Assembly: GCA_944332525.1 (NCBI GenBank)
Contig: CALVKD010000001.1
Location: 49,841 to 113,840, forward strand
Source of the DNA: an uncultured Bacilli bacterium
GTDB lineage: Bacteria > Bacillota_I > Bacilli_A > RFN20 > CAG-449
Direction of reading: 5' to 3'
DNA length: 64,000 bases
Shown: positions 20,954-32,107 of the stretch, piece after piece
How positions within the stretch are numbered: position 1 is the first letter of the stretch
How the letters are laid out: every line of letters begins with the position of its first letter
Translations under genes and position numbers: made by a program
Notes under the pieces: model-generated
Databases searched by the model: none
Seen by the model: only the letters and a program-made list of their open reading frames with translations
Told to the model about the DNA's origin: nothing

Positions 20954-22144
20954 TTAATCTTTTAGTAACTCGTCTATAATTGATCCAATTTGAAAGTCTT
21001 TTTTCTCTAATTTAAAGTTTTCAATAATTGTTCTTCCCATATCAGCAAACGAATTTCTATCTTCAATTCTTCTCCCGTTTTTAAATGATTTGCTATATGC
21101 AATAAAAGGAACTTTTTCACGCGTATGATCTGACCCTGGCATTGTCGGATCGTTACCGTGATCAGCAGTGACAATCAACAAATCATCATCTTTTAATAGT
21201 TTAATTAAATCGCCTAAATCTTTGTCAAATTCTTCGATGCATTTTCCGTATCCAAGTGGATTTCTTCTATGTCCATATTCAGAATCAAATTCAACTAAAT
21301 TGACAAAGCATAATCCTTTAAAATCTTCTTTAGCGATTTCTTGAGTGATTTCCATACCGTTATGATTCGATACTGTTTTAAAAGTCTTAGTTACTCCCAC
21401 ACCATTAAATATATCATTAATCTTACCGACACAGATGACATCATAACCATGGTCTTTCATCGTTTCCATATAAGTATAAGACGATGGTGATAAAGCATAA
21501 TCGTGACGACGCGGCGTTCTAGTAAAGTTATCCTTATTTGTTCCAATAAATGGTCTAGCAATAACTCTTCCAACTTTATATTCCTCTTTCATACAAAGTT
21601 CTCTTGCGACTTCACATAAATGATAAAGTTCTGGCACAGAGACAACGGCTTCATTTGCTGCGAGCTGGAGGACTGAATCAGCTGATGTATAAAGAATAAT
21701 TTCTCCTGTCTTTAAAGTTCTTTCACCAAGTTGCTTAATAATCTCGGTTCCCGAGGCAGCAATATTACCAATATACTTTTTACCTGTTTTCTCTTCTAAT
21801 TCATCAATTAATTCTTGAGGAAATCCCGTATCAGTGAAAGTCTTGAAAGGTTTTGTAGTTAAGACACCCATCATTTCCCAATGTCCAGTCATCGTATCTT
21901 TGCCGTTGCTCTCTTCATTTAATGCACAGACATAGGAATTGGCATGCGAAACCTTTTCAGTTCCAAGAATATCACTATTTATATCGTATAATCCTAGCAT
22001 ATTCAACGTTGGGATATTTAATCCTTTGCAACGCTCTGACACGTGAACGAATGTATTTGCACCTTCATCATGGAATTTATCTGCGTCAGCCATCGCACCG
22101 ACACCTAACGAATCCATAACGATCAAAAATACTCTTTTAAACAT
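20954..22144 (-). CDS. deoB: phosphopentomutase
   Basis: [21 protein letters not shown] and TADHGNDP alkaline-phosphatase-superfamily motifs. 396 aa. Confidence 0.9.
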   Translation of the reverse strand: MFKRVFLIVMDSLGVGAMADADKFHDEGANTFVHVSERCKGLNIPTLNMLGLYDINSDILGTEKVSHANSYVCALNEESNGKDTMTGHWEMMGVLTTKPFKTFTDTGFPQELIDELEEKTGKKYIGNIAASGTEIIKQLGERTLKTGEIILYTSADSVLQLAANEAVVSVPELYHLCEVARELCMKEEYKVGRVIARPFIGTNKDNFTRTPRRHDYALSPSSYTYMETMKDHGYDVICVGKINDIFNGVGVTKTFKTVSNHNGMEITQEIAKEDFKGLCFVNLVEFDSEYGHRRNPLGYGKCIEEFDKDLGDLIKLLKDDDLLIVTADHGNDPTMPGSDHTREKVPFIAYSKSFKNGRRIEDRNSFADMGRTIIENFKLEKKDFQIGSIIDELLKD

Positions 22145-22156
22145 AATTCCTCCTAT

Positions 22157-23032
22157 TTATTTCATCATCTTATCATATTCACTAATTAAATGTTTTGTTT
22201 CGACGTGAGTATAAATTTCTGTTGTTTTAATATCGGCATGCCCAAGCAAAGCTTTAACTGTTGATAATGAACATCCATTTTCTAAAAGATGCGAAGCAAA
22301 GCAATGTCTAATAGTATGCGGCGATACCTTATTTATTATACCGATTCTTTCAAATGATTTCTTAATAATTAAATAAAATTCTTGTCGAGAAATCATTTTT
22401 CCGCGGTCAGATATAAATATCTGCTTTTCTTTTTGATATTTTGAATTATTTCTTACTCCTTCAAAATATTTAATTAGATAGTTTTTGGCTACTTCATCAA
22501 TTGGTATAACTCTTTCTTTCGCACCTTTACCCTTAACTTTTAATTGACTTTTTTCCAAAGAAACCTCATTGAGTGTCAAAGATAAAAGCTCACTAACGCG
22601 TAATCCGCATGCGTACATTAATTCTATCATTGCTTTGTTTCGAATATCTTTGCTTGTTTCTAAAGGCAAAGAATCAAGCATCTCACGCATTTTTTCTTTT
22701 GAGATGATATAAGGCAGATATTTTCCTTTTTTATGACTTTCTAATGAAGAAAAATCAAACGACAAATCAGCGTGCAAAGAAAGATAAACTAAGAAATTTT
22801 TAATAGATGAGAGCTTTCTCACAATGGATGAGGCCTCTAAATCTTCAGAATGGAGCTTTTCAAGAAAGTTATTTACTTTTTCGGGTGATAAGTCATCTTT
22901 TGTACTTTTATCGCCTAGGAAGGCCAAAAACTGCTTTAAATCATTTTTATAAGATTCAATAGTTGATTTAGATAGTCCTTTTTCGACAACGAGAGAAATC
23001 AAATATTCATCTATATATTCTTTAAGAAGCAT
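22157..23032 (-). CDS. xerD: tyrosine site-specific recombinase XerD/RipX
   Basis: R...HxxR...Y catalytic motifs (RHCFASHLLENGCSLSTVKALLGHADIKTTEIYTHV). Next to deoB, as ripX is in B. subtilis. Confidence 0.85.
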   Translation of the reverse strand: MLLKEYIDEYLISLVVEKGLSKSTIESYKNDLKQFLAFLGDKSTKDDLSPEKVNNFLEKLHSEDLEASSIVRKLSSIKNFLVYLSLHADLSFDFSSLESHKKGKYLPYIISKEKMREMLDSLPLETSKDIRNKAMIELMYACGLRVSELLSLTLNEVSLEKSQLKVKGKGAKERVIPIDEVAKNYLIKYFEGVRNNSKYQKEKQIFISDRGKMISRQEFYLIIKKSFERIGIINKVSPHTIRHCFASHLLENGCSLSTVKALLGHADIKTTEIYTHVETKHLISEYDKMMK

Positions 23033-24200
23033 CTTTTTTCTCCTTTAAATCGCTCGCTAGCATTAATATATTCTTTTTTACTTTATGATTAAGCTGTTTT
23101 ACCAAAAGTTTAGTAGAAGCCTTATTTTCTTTAGGAGCATCTAACAAAGTCATCTGTACATATTTATCTTTCTCATCAGTTAGTGATGAAAGACCCACTC
23201 CCGCTAAACGAAACAGTTGAGAAGAAAATAATTTATCAAAAAGTTCCATGGCTTTATCATAAATGACAACGTAATCATTAGTCGGTTCCGATAGAGTAAT
23301 CGAACGGGTAATGCTTTTAAAAGATGCATCTTTCAAAATTAAAGTCACAGTTTTACCGACTTTTTTATCTTTTTTAGCGCCTTGCGATATTTCTTTACTC
23401 TTTTGTAAAATCATCTGTCTTAATTCTTCATAATCGCTCGTATCATAAAGAAAAGTTGACGTTGATGAAATTGATTTAGCTTCTCTCTGGACAGGATTAA
23501 CCTCATCATCGCCCTCACCGCGAATCCAAGCTTTAACTTCATCATAGAATTTTCCGAGAATCTTTTTAAGTGAAGGTGATTCGTTGACAGCTAAATCGCC
23601 AATTGTATAAATACCGATTTCATTAAGCTTCGGGTAAGTCTTTTTGCCAATACCCCAAAAATCTTTAATTTTCAAGGGATATAATAACTCTTGAATGCGA
23701 TCTTTAGTGATAATGGTTATTCCCATCGGTTTTTTATAATCCGATCCCATTTTAGCTAAAAACTTGTTGTTTGCTAAACCGATTGATGACTGAAGCTTAG
23801 TCACTTGAAAGATTCTCTGCTGAAGCGACTGTAAATATCCATATTTATCTGTGACGTATGAAAGGATATCAGTTAAATCTAAATAAGCCTCATCAATTGA
23901 TACCTGTTCTAAAACATCGGTTACATTATTTTTAAGATAGGTGAAGAACTCCTCGCTTTTCTGATGATAAAAAGCAAAATCAACCGAGCGAATAATTACA
24001 TCTTTACAAGCTTTTTTAGCTAAATAAGTTGGCATTCCCGAATAAATTCCATACTTCCTCGCCTCATATGTTGAAGTAGAAACAATCCCGCGGCGAGTAT
24101 CGGAAGCGATAATTAAAGGTTTACCTTTGAGCGATGGTTCTTTTAAAATTGCGCAGGCAGCGAAGAATTGATTTATATCGATATGCATTATCCATTTCAT
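23022..24200 (-). CDS. dinB: DNA polymerase IV (Y-family)
   Basis: HIDINQFFAACA, SIDEAYLD and GIGKKT motifs. The real start may be the M at residue 5. Confidence 0.9.
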   Translation of the reverse strand: MKWIMHIDINQFFAACAILKEPSLKGKPLIIASDTRRGIVSTSTYEARKYGIYSGMPTYLAKKACKDVIIRSVDFAFYHQKSEEFFTYLKNNVTDVLEQVSIDEAYLDLTDILSYVTDKYGYLQSLQQRIFQVTKLQSSIGLANNKFLAKMGSDYKKPMGITIITKDRIQELLYPLKIKDFWGIGKKTYPKLNEIGIYTIGDLAVNESPSLKKILGKFYDEVKAWIRGEGDDEVNPVQREAKSISSTSTFLYDTSDYEELRQMILQKSKEISQGAKKDKKVGKTVTLILKDASFKSITRSITLSEPTNDYVVIYDKAMELFDKLFSSQLFRLAGVGLSSLTDEKDKYVQMTLLDAPKENKASTKLLVKQLNHKVKKNILMLASDLKEKKDAS

Positions 24201-24206
24201 AACTAA

Positions 24207-25859
24207 TTATTTACTGATAAGCGATCTTGCAGCTTCAATAGCTTCCTCGGTCACTTCTCCAGCTATCATTTTTGCCATAGCGACAATCTTCTCATCATCA
24301 GATAATGGATGAACAAGTGAATATGTCCGCCCATTTTCAGATATTTTTTTGACTTCGTAAGCCTGCTTCGATTGAGCGACTAAAGCCGGCAAGTGTGAAA
24401 TCAAAATAACCTGGGAATCAACGCTTAAGTCTCTCATCTTTTTTCCTAGCGATATCCCGACTTTTCCCGACACTCCAACATCGATTTCATCAAAAATAAT
24501 GACATCTTTTGGAAGTAATTTATTAAAGACATACTTTAACGCAAAATTTAAACGCGATGATTCACCTAATGAAGCGGTTTTATCAAGCATCAAAAAGCGT
24601 TCACCTTCATTTGCTCTTAACATAAAGACAATATCATCGTTACCATCTAAATTAAATTTCTCGCTCTTAAAGAAATCTATTCTAAATAAAGCGTTTTTAA
24701 AATCCAAATCAACCAGCGTTTTATTAATTTCTGAAGATAAATCCAGGCTATATTTTTGTCTAATAGCCGTGATTTTTATAGATAAATCAACTAATTTTTT
24801 TTCGCTTAAGAAAATTTTTGTGTTAATTTTTTCCATTGCCGATTGATAATCTTCAATTAACAATAATTGCTCTTTCATTTTATTTAGAGAATCTAGAATA
24901 TCCGCGGTTGTATACCCGTATTTTCTTCTTAATCCATGTAATGTGAAGAGGCGGTCTTTAACTTCTTCTAGCTCTCTTTTTTTATCTTCGGCTGATTCAA
25001 AAATATTTTTTATTTCACTATAGGAATCATCTAAATCGTAATAAGCTTCTTCAAATTGGTTTTTTAAAGCCTCAATCTCTTCATCATCAATTCGCGATAA
25101 AGCCTTTTTAGCCGAGTAAAGCGAGTCTTTTGCATTATCATAATAATTAAGAAATTCGCTTAAGGTATCGCTTGTCCTTTCAAAATTAGAAAGACTTTCT
25201 CGACGTTTTTCTAAATCTTCCATTTCGTTTTCGGCAATATGTAAATTTTCGAGTTCGGCGATATTTTTTTTCAAAGTCTCTTCATCAGATATTTGCTCTG
25301 CTTGCTCTTCTTTTTCTTTTTTTTCTTTTAAGGCTTGCTGATAAATAAAATATTCATCATGGTAGTCTGTGAAAATTTTCTTTTCTTCAGCTGATGATTT
25401 GTTTTTTAAGTAGAGATCTAACAAATTAAGCTGATTTTCACTATGCAGATAAAAGGCGTCTTTTTGCTGAGAATGGATATCGATAACGTAATCCATTACT
25501 TTTCGAAGCAAGGTTAACGACGCTGAGGCATTGTTAATTTTAATAGTATTATGATTATTTTTATCAATTGTTCGAGAAATGATTAAGGTATGAGAGGAAA
25601 GTTCTTTACCGATTAGCTCCGAGATGAAGTTTTCATTAACTTGGCTTTTTAAGATAAATGTGCCTTCAATAAAGGCTTTATCTTCTCCAGTTCGAATCTT
25701 TTCAAGTGATGATTTGCTGCCGGAAAGTAAGCTTATCGCGTCAATTAATATGGATTTTCCTGCACCAGTTTCCCCGATTAAAGCAATAAAAGAAGAATCT
25801 AGCGATAAATCTAGATCATCAATTAATGCAAAATGAGAAATTTTTAAACGAGTAAGCAT
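24207..25859 (-). CDS. recN: DNA repair protein RecN
   Basis: N-terminal Walker A GETGAGKS, a coiled-coil middle, and C-terminal IIFDEIDVGVSG. 550 aa. Confidence 0.9.
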   Translation of the reverse strand: MLTRLKISHFALIDDLDLSLDSSFIALIGETGAGKSILIDAISLLSGSKSSLEKIRTGEDKAFIEGTFILKSQVNENFISELIGKELSSHTLIISRTIDKNNHNTIKINNASASLTLLRKVMDYVIDIHSQQKDAFYLHSENQLNLLDLYLKNKSSAEEKKIFTDYHDEYFIYQQALKEKKEKEEQAEQISDEETLKKNIAELENLHIAENEMEDLEKRRESLSNFERTSDTLSEFLNYYDNAKDSLYSAKKALSRIDDEEIEALKNQFEEAYYDLDDSYSEIKNIFESAEDKKRELEEVKDRLFTLHGLRRKYGYTTADILDSLNKMKEQLLLIEDYQSAMEKINTKIFLSEKKLVDLSIKITAIRQKYSLDLSSEINKTLVDLDFKNALFRIDFFKSEKFNLDGNDDIVFMLRANEGERFLMLDKTASLGESSRLNFALKYVFNKLLPKDVIIFDEIDVGVSGKVGISLGKKMRDLSVDSQVILISHLPALVAQSKQAYEVKKISENGRTYSLVHPLSDDEKIVAMAKMIAGEVTEEAIEAARSLISK

Positions 25860-26093
25860 TTAAATATCCTTATCCTGACTTTCTTCTTCTGAGTAATTCT
25901 TCACTTCGCCATCTTCAACAATAAAAGATAACTTATTCATCGAATCATTTAATTCTTTACTTAAATCTTGGGAAAGCGTTTTTCCTTCTTGATACAAACT
26001 AATGCTTTCTTTCAAAGTTAAAGAATCCTTTTCTAAAGATTTGACGATTTCTTCTAACCTAGCAAGTTTTTCTTCAAATGTTTTATTTTCCAT
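25860..26093 (-). CDS. xseB: exodeoxyribonuclease VII small subunit
   Basis: 77 aa with LARLEEIVKSLE. Overlaps the upstream xseA. Confidence 0.85.
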   Translation of the reverse strand: MENKTFEEKLARLEEIVKSLEKDSLTLKESISLYQEGKTLSQDLSKELNDSMNKLSFIVEDGEVKNYSEEESQDKDI

Positions 26094-27357
26094 TCTTCTC
26101 CACCTTCTCTTTCACTTCTGCTTTAATTACCCCGTCTTTTAATTCTAAATCAATTAAATCTCCATTTTTAATTTCTTTTACGGAAGTAATAACCTTATTG
26201 TTTTTAATAATAACGCTATAGCCGCTTTCTAGCAGCGAAAACGGATCGAGATAAGTTAGTTTATCATTAAGGGAGTTAATCTTCGTTAAAAGCCCTTTTA
26301 TGCGTTCAATTATTAAATTAGACAAATTTTCTTGAGCATCACTATATGAATTATATTTTCTTTGCAAAATATTTTTTATTAAGAAATTTTGTTTGTCGTT
26401 AAGATGAGAAATTTCAGATTGCAAATTAAGTAAAATATTTTTTGGAGATTTTGATTCAATAATCTTCATTAAATATACTAATTTTTCGCTTAATAAACGA
26501 TATCTTTTCTCTAAGGAATTATCAAGGCTCTCACTTTGAAGTTTAACTAACCGCAATAGTTCTTCCTTACTCGGAACAACCTTATTAGCAGCATCGGTAG
26601 GAGTAATCGCCTTGCAGTCAGAGATATAATCAAGCAATGTTGTATCAATTTCATGACCGATTGCCGAGATTAGAGGTATCTTTAACTCATAGCAGCGCCT
26701 AATTAATCCTTCATCATTAAAAACGCGTAAATCTTCTTTTCCTCCGCCGCCGCGGGTAATAACTAAAACGTCTAATGGAAAATTTTCACTTTCATTAATA
26801 GCCCTAATAATATCATTAGGTGCACTTTCACCCTGAACTAATGCAGGAAAGATATACACTTCAACTTTAAATCGGTTCTTCAAAGTCGTTAAAAAATCAT
26901 GGATGGCCGCGCCTTTTTTAGCAGTAATTAATCCAATTTTTTTTGGCAAAAACGGTAAAGGTTTCTTAGGTTTAGAAAGAATACCCTCTTCAGCTAACTT
27001 CTTTTTCAAAAGAGCTAATTTTAGTAGATACTCTCCTTCACCATATGGAAACATCTCGGTCACATAGAGCTGGTATTGGCCGCTTTTTTCATAAACGCCC
27101 ACTGTTCCCTTAACTAGAACTAAATCGCCATTTTTAATAGGAAAATTAACTTTTCGTGCATGAAAAGCAAACATCGCACATTTGATAAGAGCATTTTCAT
27201 CGCTTAAGGAAAAGTAAAAATGACCGGTATAGTGTTTTGTTAACGAGGTAATTTCACCTAAAACCATGACAGACATCAGCCCGCCATCAGATTCAATCAG
27301 ACTCTTTATATGTAAAGTTAATTCCGATACGGTGAGATAGTTATTCATTTTAATCAA
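26083..27357 (-). CDS. xseA: exodeoxyribonuclease VII large subunit
   Basis: N-terminal OB fold (VMVLGEITS) and the catalytic region VLVITRGGGGKEDL. 424 aa. Confidence 0.9.
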   Translation of the reverse strand: MIKMNNYLTVSELTLHIKSLIESDGGLMSVMVLGEITSLTKHYTGHFYFSLSDENALIKCAMFAFHARKVNFPIKNGDLVLVKGTVGVYEKSGQYQLYVTEMFPYGEGEYLLKLALLKKKLAEEGILSKPKKPLPFLPKKIGLITAKKGAAIHDFLTTLKNRFKVEVYIFPALVQGESAPNDIIRAINESENFPLDVLVITRGGGGKEDLRVFNDEGLIRRCYELKIPLISAIGHEIDTTLLDYISDCKAITPTDAANKVVPSKEELLRLVKLQSESLDNSLEKRYRLLSEKLVYLMKIIESKSPKNILLNLQSEISHLNDKQNFLIKNILQRKYNSYSDAQENLSNLIIERIKGLLTKINSLNDKLTYLDPFSLLESGYSVIIKNNKVITSVKEIKNGDLIDLELKDGVIKAEVKEKVEKNGK

Positions 27358-27757
27358 GTGCCCGATCTAAAACAGCATTAATAAATTTATAATCTTTTTC
27401 TCCGCAATACTTTTTAGCTAGTTTGACCGCAACATCGATAACAATAGCTTTATCAACGTCGCCGACGTAACGATATTCGCCAAGAGCCATCATTAAAACA
27501 GCGATAACTAACAGATTAATTCTTTCAAACTTCCAGGTCGTGCAGTACTCGCGAATTTCTTTTTCTAGATTGCTAACATGCGAGAGAACTTTAATCGAGG
27601 TTTCCCTAATAAATAGACTTACTTCATCATATGGAGTGTCTAGAGTTGTTTCAATCAACGGGACTATCTCAAAAGATTTTCCCATCCGCATTAAAAATAA
27701 TGATTGGTAGACGATAAATAATACTTTTTCTTGCTCTTGATTACGTGATTCACTCAT
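27350..27757 (-). CDS. nusB: transcription antitermination factor NusB
   Basis: 135 aa with the typical C-terminal FINAVLD. Sits at the position conserved in the asp23-nusB-xseAB cluster. Confidence 0.8.
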   Translation of the reverse strand: MSESRNQEQEKVLFIVYQSLFLMRMGKSFEIVPLIETTLDTPYDEVSLFIRETSIKVLSHVSNLEKEIREYCTTWKFERINLLVIAVLMMALGEYRYVGDVDKAIVIDVAVKLAKKYCGEKDYKFINAVLDRALD

Positions 27758-27786
27758 AATATTTTCTTTCCTAAAAAAATGAGGAT

Positions 27787-28131
27787 TTATTCAATCCCCA
27801 TCACCTTAACATTGACTGAGAACGGAATAAATTCCGTCATCGAAGAGATTGCATAAGCGACTTCTTCTTGAATAGCTAAGCAAACTTGATTGACATTAGC
27901 TTCCGAGGAGATGATGACTTCGACGTCACAGTTCAGACGGTTGTTTTCAATTTTGCATTGAATCGGCCGATGCAATAAAAATAAAAATTTTTCTGGAGAT
28001 TTCTTTAATTTAACCCCTTTAATTTTTTCAATTGCAATGGAGACAATTTCATCAAAAACATTATTGGCAATCGCCAAAGTTCCCCGTTTTGCGTAATTTT
28101 GAATGTAGACGTATTCTGCCATATGTATCAC
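27787..28131 (-). CDS. Asp23/Gls24-family alkaline shock protein
   Basis: DUF322-like sequence, 114 aa. In the yqhY-equivalent position upstream of nusB. Confidence 0.7.
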   Translation of the reverse strand: MIHMAEYVYIQNYAKRGTLAIANNVFDEIVSIAIEKIKGVKLKKSPEKFLFLLHRPIQCKIENNRLNCDVEVIISSEANVNQVCLAIQEEVAYAISSMTEFIPFSVNVKVMGIE

Positions 28132-28182
28132 CTACTTTTATTTTAAAAAAATATTTATAATGTTGCAACAATTTGCGTGATT

Positions 28183-28671
28183 TTATAGATAAGTAAAATC
28201 ACTATTATCGACATAGTATGCCGACCTTTGAAGATTTTTCCCGCTGATAAGAAATTTAAGAGAATCGCTTCTATCAGCAATTAGGTAAGTAATCCGAAAC
28301 CCACTCAGCGCAAAATTATTTGCGTCATTTTTTTCGCTTAAGGTAAACGAATCGGAAAAATACCCTAAATTTGCAGCTTGGACATTATCAGAAAGCGAAT
28401 ATGAAGAATTGATAACAATTAATTTTAAATCGTCGATTTGTAGATTTTTATAAGTTATCAATAATGAAACATCATAATATCCGCTTTGCTTACTTTCAAA
28501 TGAAGTAACCGAATAATTAAACGGTGCCTCCTCAAGCGATGAATAATCGCTTTGATTAAGTAAAAATTGTAAGTCGCTTTGATAAATATCCGCGTAGTTT
28601 TTATCGGTTACTCGATAACCATTACAAGAAACTAGCAAAACAAGTGACAATAAGTAAATAATCTTCTTCAT
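28183..28671 (-). CDS. hypothetical lipoprotein
   Basis: Signal peptide with LLVSC lipobox (MKKIIYLLSLVLLVSCNG). The rest is Ser/Tyr/Asp-rich with no recognisable domain. Start chosen at the internal M to avoid overlap with leuS. Confidence 0.45.
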   Translation of the reverse strand: MKKIIYLLSLVLLVSCNGYRVTDKNYADIYQSDLQFLLNQSDYSSLEEAPFNYSVTSFESKQSGYYDVSLLITYKNLQIDDLKLIVINSSYSLSDNVQAANLGYFSDSFTLSEKNDANNFALSGFRITYLIADRSDSLKFLISGKNLQRSAYYVDNSDFTYL

Positions 28672-28672
28672 A

Positions 28673-31075
28673 CTATTTAGCGACAATATTGACAATCTTA
28701 TTCTTTACAACAATAACTTTCTTAATTTCTAAACCGGCTAATTTACCTTTAATTACTTCATTATTTAAGGCAATTTCTCTCACTTCATTTTCTTCTTGAT
28801 CGACTTTGATTTCAATTGTCGCACGAAGTTTTCCATTAACTTGAACACCGATAGTTATAGTCTGCTTAACAAGTTTGCTTTCATCATAAACCGGCCACTT
28901 TTGATAATCTACTATCTCTTTTTCACCAGTCATCTGATAGAGTTCTTCACCTAAATGAGGACAGACGCAAGAAAGCATCTTAGCGAAATCCTTTAAATAA
29001 GGGACATATATTTCTTTAGCCTTATAACAGTCGTTAATGAAAACCATCATTTGAGCTAAAGCCGTATTAAACTGTAAGTTTTCAAAATCATGATCAACCT
29101 TTTTAATTAAGAAGTTAAATGAATAATCGAGTTCACCATTATTTTCATTTCTCCATTTATCGGTGAATTCTTTTTCGCTGTAGAGACGGTATACGCGGTC
29201 TAAGAAACGTTTAGCACCATCTAAACCGCTATTTGACCATGGAAGAGAAGCCTCTAATGGACCCATGAACATTTCATAGAAACGTAAAGCATCAGCGCCA
29301 TAACTCTTAACAATATCATCTGGATTGATGACGTTTCCGCGAGATTTTGACATCTTTTCACTATTTTCACCAAGAATCATTCCTTGATGGAAAAGTTTTT
29401 TAAATGGTTCTTTGCATTTTACTACTCCGATATCGTAAAGGAATTTATGCCAGAAACGAGCATATAATAAGTGAAGAACCGCATGCTCAGCTCCGCCGAT
29501 ATATAAATCGACTGGCAACCAGTGCTCAATTAATTTAGGATCAGCTAAAGCTTTAAGGTTGTGTGGATCAATATAGCGAATATAGTACCAGCACGAACCC
29601 GCCCATTGCGGCATTGTATTAGTCTCTCTCCGGCCTTTCATGCCGTCAATAGTAACTTCAAGCCAATTTTTTGCATGAGCTAACGGAGATTCTCCTTCTC
29701 TTGACGGTGCGAAATTATCGACTTCCGGCAAAGTTAATGGGAGCTCATCTTCTGGGACAGCGCGAATGGTTCCGTCTTCCATATGAATTAGAGGAATTGG
29801 TTCTCCCCAATATCTTTGACGTGAGAAAAGCCAGTCGCGTAATTTATAATTAACTTTTCTTCTACCTTGTTTTAATTCGATAAGTTTATCGGTTATCGCT
29901 TTCTTTGCTTCAGCAATATTCATTCCGTCAGCAAACGAAGAATTAATATGTTTTCCATCTCCTTCGTACGCTTTTTCAGAAATGTCTGCTTCAATAACCT
30001 TGCGAATAGGCAAATTATATTTCTTAGCGAATTCGTAATCGCGTTGATCATGGCTTGGTACTGCCATAACGGCACCAGTTCCATAGCTAGCTAAAACATA
30101 GTCGCCGATAAAAACTGGGACTTCTTCTCCGTTAATTGGATTGATGCAGTAAGCACCGGTAAAAACGCCTGTTTTATCTTTATTTAAATCGGTGCGTTCC
30201 ATATCGGATTTTGTTTGGCATCTCTTAATATATTCCTCAACGGCAGCTTTTTGCTCAGGAGTAGTGATTTTTTCAACTAATGGATGCTCAGGTGCTAAGA
30301 CGCAATATGAGCAGCCAAATAAAGTATCCGCTCTCGTCGTAAAGACAGTGAAAATATAATTTGTACCCTTAACTTTGAAATCGATTTCTGTACCTTCGCT
30401 ACGTCCAATCCAGTTTCTTTGCATTTCTAATGTCGATTGCGGCCAATCTAATTCATCGAGGCCTTCTAACAACTTATCAGCGTAGGCTGTAATTTTTAAA
30501 ACCCATTGACGCATTGGTTTTCTGATAACTGGAAATCCTCCGCGTTCACTCTTTCCGTCGATAACTTCTTCATTAGCTAAAACAGTCCCTAAATCTGGGC
30601 AGTAGTTAACCGGAACATAACGAACTTCAGCCAATCCTTTTTCATACATCTTTAAAAAGATCCACTGCGTCCATTTATAGTAATCTTCATCTGTTGTTCT
30701 AATTTCCTTGCTCCAATCGTAAGAAAAACCTAACATCTGCATTTGCTCGCGGAAATGGTCAATATTCTTATATGTAAATCCTTTCGGATGATGGCCGGTT
30801 TTTAAAGCAAATTGTTCTGCTGGCAAACCAAAAGCATCAAATCCCATCGGATGTAAAACGTTGAAGCCTTTCATCCTTTTCATTCTCGCGACGATATCTG
30901 TCGCTGTATATCCTTCTGGATGTCCGACATGTAATCCTTGTCCTGATGGATATGGAAACATATCCAATACGTAATATTTCGGCTTAGAAAAATCATAGAC
31001 ATCACAAAAATACGTCTGGTGATCAGCCCAGTATTTTTGCCATTTCTTTTCAATATTTTGATAATCGTAACCCAT
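28673..31075 (-). CDS. leuS: leucyl-tRNA synthetase
   Basis: HVGHPEGYT (HIGH) and KMSKS motifs. 800 aa. Confidence 0.97.
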   Translation of the reverse strand: MGYDYQNIEKKWQKYWADHQTYFCDVYDFSKPKYYVLDMFPYPSGQGLHVGHPEGYTATDIVARMKRMKGFNVLHPMGFDAFGLPAEQFALKTGHHPKGFTYKNIDHFREQMQMLGFSYDWSKEIRTTDEDYYKWTQWIFLKMYEKGLAEVRYVPVNYCPDLGTVLANEEVIDGKSERGGFPVIRKPMRQWVLKITAYADKLLEGLDELDWPQSTLEMQRNWIGRSEGTEIDFKVKGTNYIFTVFTTRADTLFGCSYCVLAPEHPLVEKITTPEQKAAVEEYIKRCQTKSDMERTDLNKDKTGVFTGAYCINPINGEEVPVFIGDYVLASYGTGAVMAVPSHDQRDYEFAKKYNLPIRKVIEADISEKAYEGDGKHINSSFADGMNIAEAKKAITDKLIELKQGRRKVNYKLRDWLFSRQRYWGEPIPLIHMEDGTIRAVPEDELPLTLPEVDNFAPSREGESPLAHAKNWLEVTIDGMKGRRETNTMPQWAGSCWYYIRYIDPHNLKALADPKLIEHWLPVDLYIGGAEHAVLHLLYARFWHKFLYDIGVVKCKEPFKKLFHQGMILGENSEKMSKSRGNVINPDDIVKSYGADALRFYEMFMGPLEASLPWSNSGLDGAKRFLDRVYRLYSEKEFTDKWRNENNGELDYSFNFLIKKVDHDFENLQFNTALAQMMVFINDCYKAKEIYVPYLKDFAKMLSCVCPHLGEELYQMTGEKEIVDYQKWPVYDESKLVKQTITIGVQVNGKLRATIEIKVDQEENEVREIALNNEVIKGKLAGLEIKKVIVVKNKIVNIVAK

Positions 31076-31135
31076 CGGGAAACCTCCAATTCTACAACAC
31101 TATTTAACTAACTTAGTATAAAATAAACATCTCTA

Positions 31136-32053
31136 TTATTCAACTTGATTATCGCCGCTTCCGTCTTTACTAATAAAGACATTTTCAACGTTTTTAATCA
31201 AGGCGAACATTTTTTCATGAAAACTTCGCATACTCAAAATTTTCTTTTCAAAAATTTCTGATGATATGCGGTGGAAAATTCCATCCACAAAAGTCATTTT
31301 TAAATCTTTAACAAAGAGCAAGAGATGCTCATCATCAAAAACGAGATTGATTTTATGATTAAAATAATTATCGATTTCAATAACTGATTTAATACCTCCA
31401 TTATCCATAAAATCATAAATTTTATTACCTGAAGCATAGATATAAAAATTATCAGATAATGAATAAGAGGCAAAACCATAAGCATTAAGAGCTTCATTTT
31501 CATAATATTTTTTTGCATATACTTCCTCATCGCAGATTTGAAAGAAGAAGTTTGTCGCGACATTAAATTCGGAAATAAATATCATTCCGTATCCAGTTTT
31601 AACGTGATCATTATAACGGACGAGATAAATATCAAACGATCGTTCGCTAGTAGCATCAGAATAAGCCTCTAGATAATAGAATTTTTTCAGAAAAAATATT
31701 TTTTTTAAATAGTTATCGCGTTCTTGATTAATGATGATGTTATTGTCTAAAAGATATATTTCTTCAAGTTTGCATTCATTTAGAAAAATCTTCTTGTATT
31801 CGTCGAGATAGATTTTATTAAGCCTTAGGCTATAGAGAAATGCTGATAAAACAATTAAGATGGTAATCAAGACAAAATATAAACTAACAAAATATATTAA
31901 TCCGTGAATAATTTCCCTCTTTTCTAGATATTTTAATAAAAAATATCCACCAAATAGTAAAATTGCGAAAACGACGATAAAAATCGAGAGTTTTAGAAAA
32001 GAAAAAAACTTGATTCTATTTAATTGCTGAACGCGGACTTCATAGTTTTTCAT
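31136..32053 (-). CDS. hypothetical membrane protein: two N-terminal TM helices and a domain of about 230 aa of unknown function
   Basis: 305-aa ORF with hydrophobic segments at about 15-40 and 50-76. No recognisable motif. Last gene of the jetABC-like operon. Confidence 0.45.
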   Translation of the reverse strand: MKNYEVRVQQLNRIKFFSFLKLSIFIVVFAILLFGGYFLLKYLEKREIIHGLIYFVSLYFVLITILIVLSAFLYSLRLNKIYLDEYKKIFLNECKLEEIYLLDNNIIINQERDNYLKKIFFLKKFYYLEAYSDATSERSFDIYLVRYNDHVKTGYGMIFISEFNVATNFFFQICDEEVYAKKYYENEALNAYGFASYSLSDNFYIYASGNKIYDFMDNGGIKSVIEIDNYFNHKINLVFDDEHLLLFVKDLKMTFVDGIFHRISSEIFEKKILSMRSFHEKMFALIKNVENVFISKDGSGDNQVE

Positions 32054-32107
32054 AATTCAATTATAGAAGATGCGTTTTAACATTTAAACAGAGATCAAGT
32101 ATTTTAA

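Noticed and set aside
22157-23032. The tyrosine recombinase as a phage or ICE integrase
   Set aside because: It has a XerD-like length of 291 aa and XerD-like C-terminal motifs. It is adjacent to deoB exactly as ripX is in B. subtilis, and there is no phage or ICE cargo nearby.
31076-31135. T-box riboswitch upstream of leuS, and likewise upstream of hisS and pheS
   Set aside because: The upstream gaps are 60 nt, 9 nt and 2 nt. That is far too short for a specifier-loop/antiterminator T-box of 200-300 nt.
31136-32053. The 305-aa protein as a divergent JetD/MksG
   Set aside because: It has two N-terminal TM helices and no recognisable Toprim (E...DxD) or DUF2220 signature. JetD proteins are soluble and about 400 aa. 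I kept it as an unknown membrane protein.
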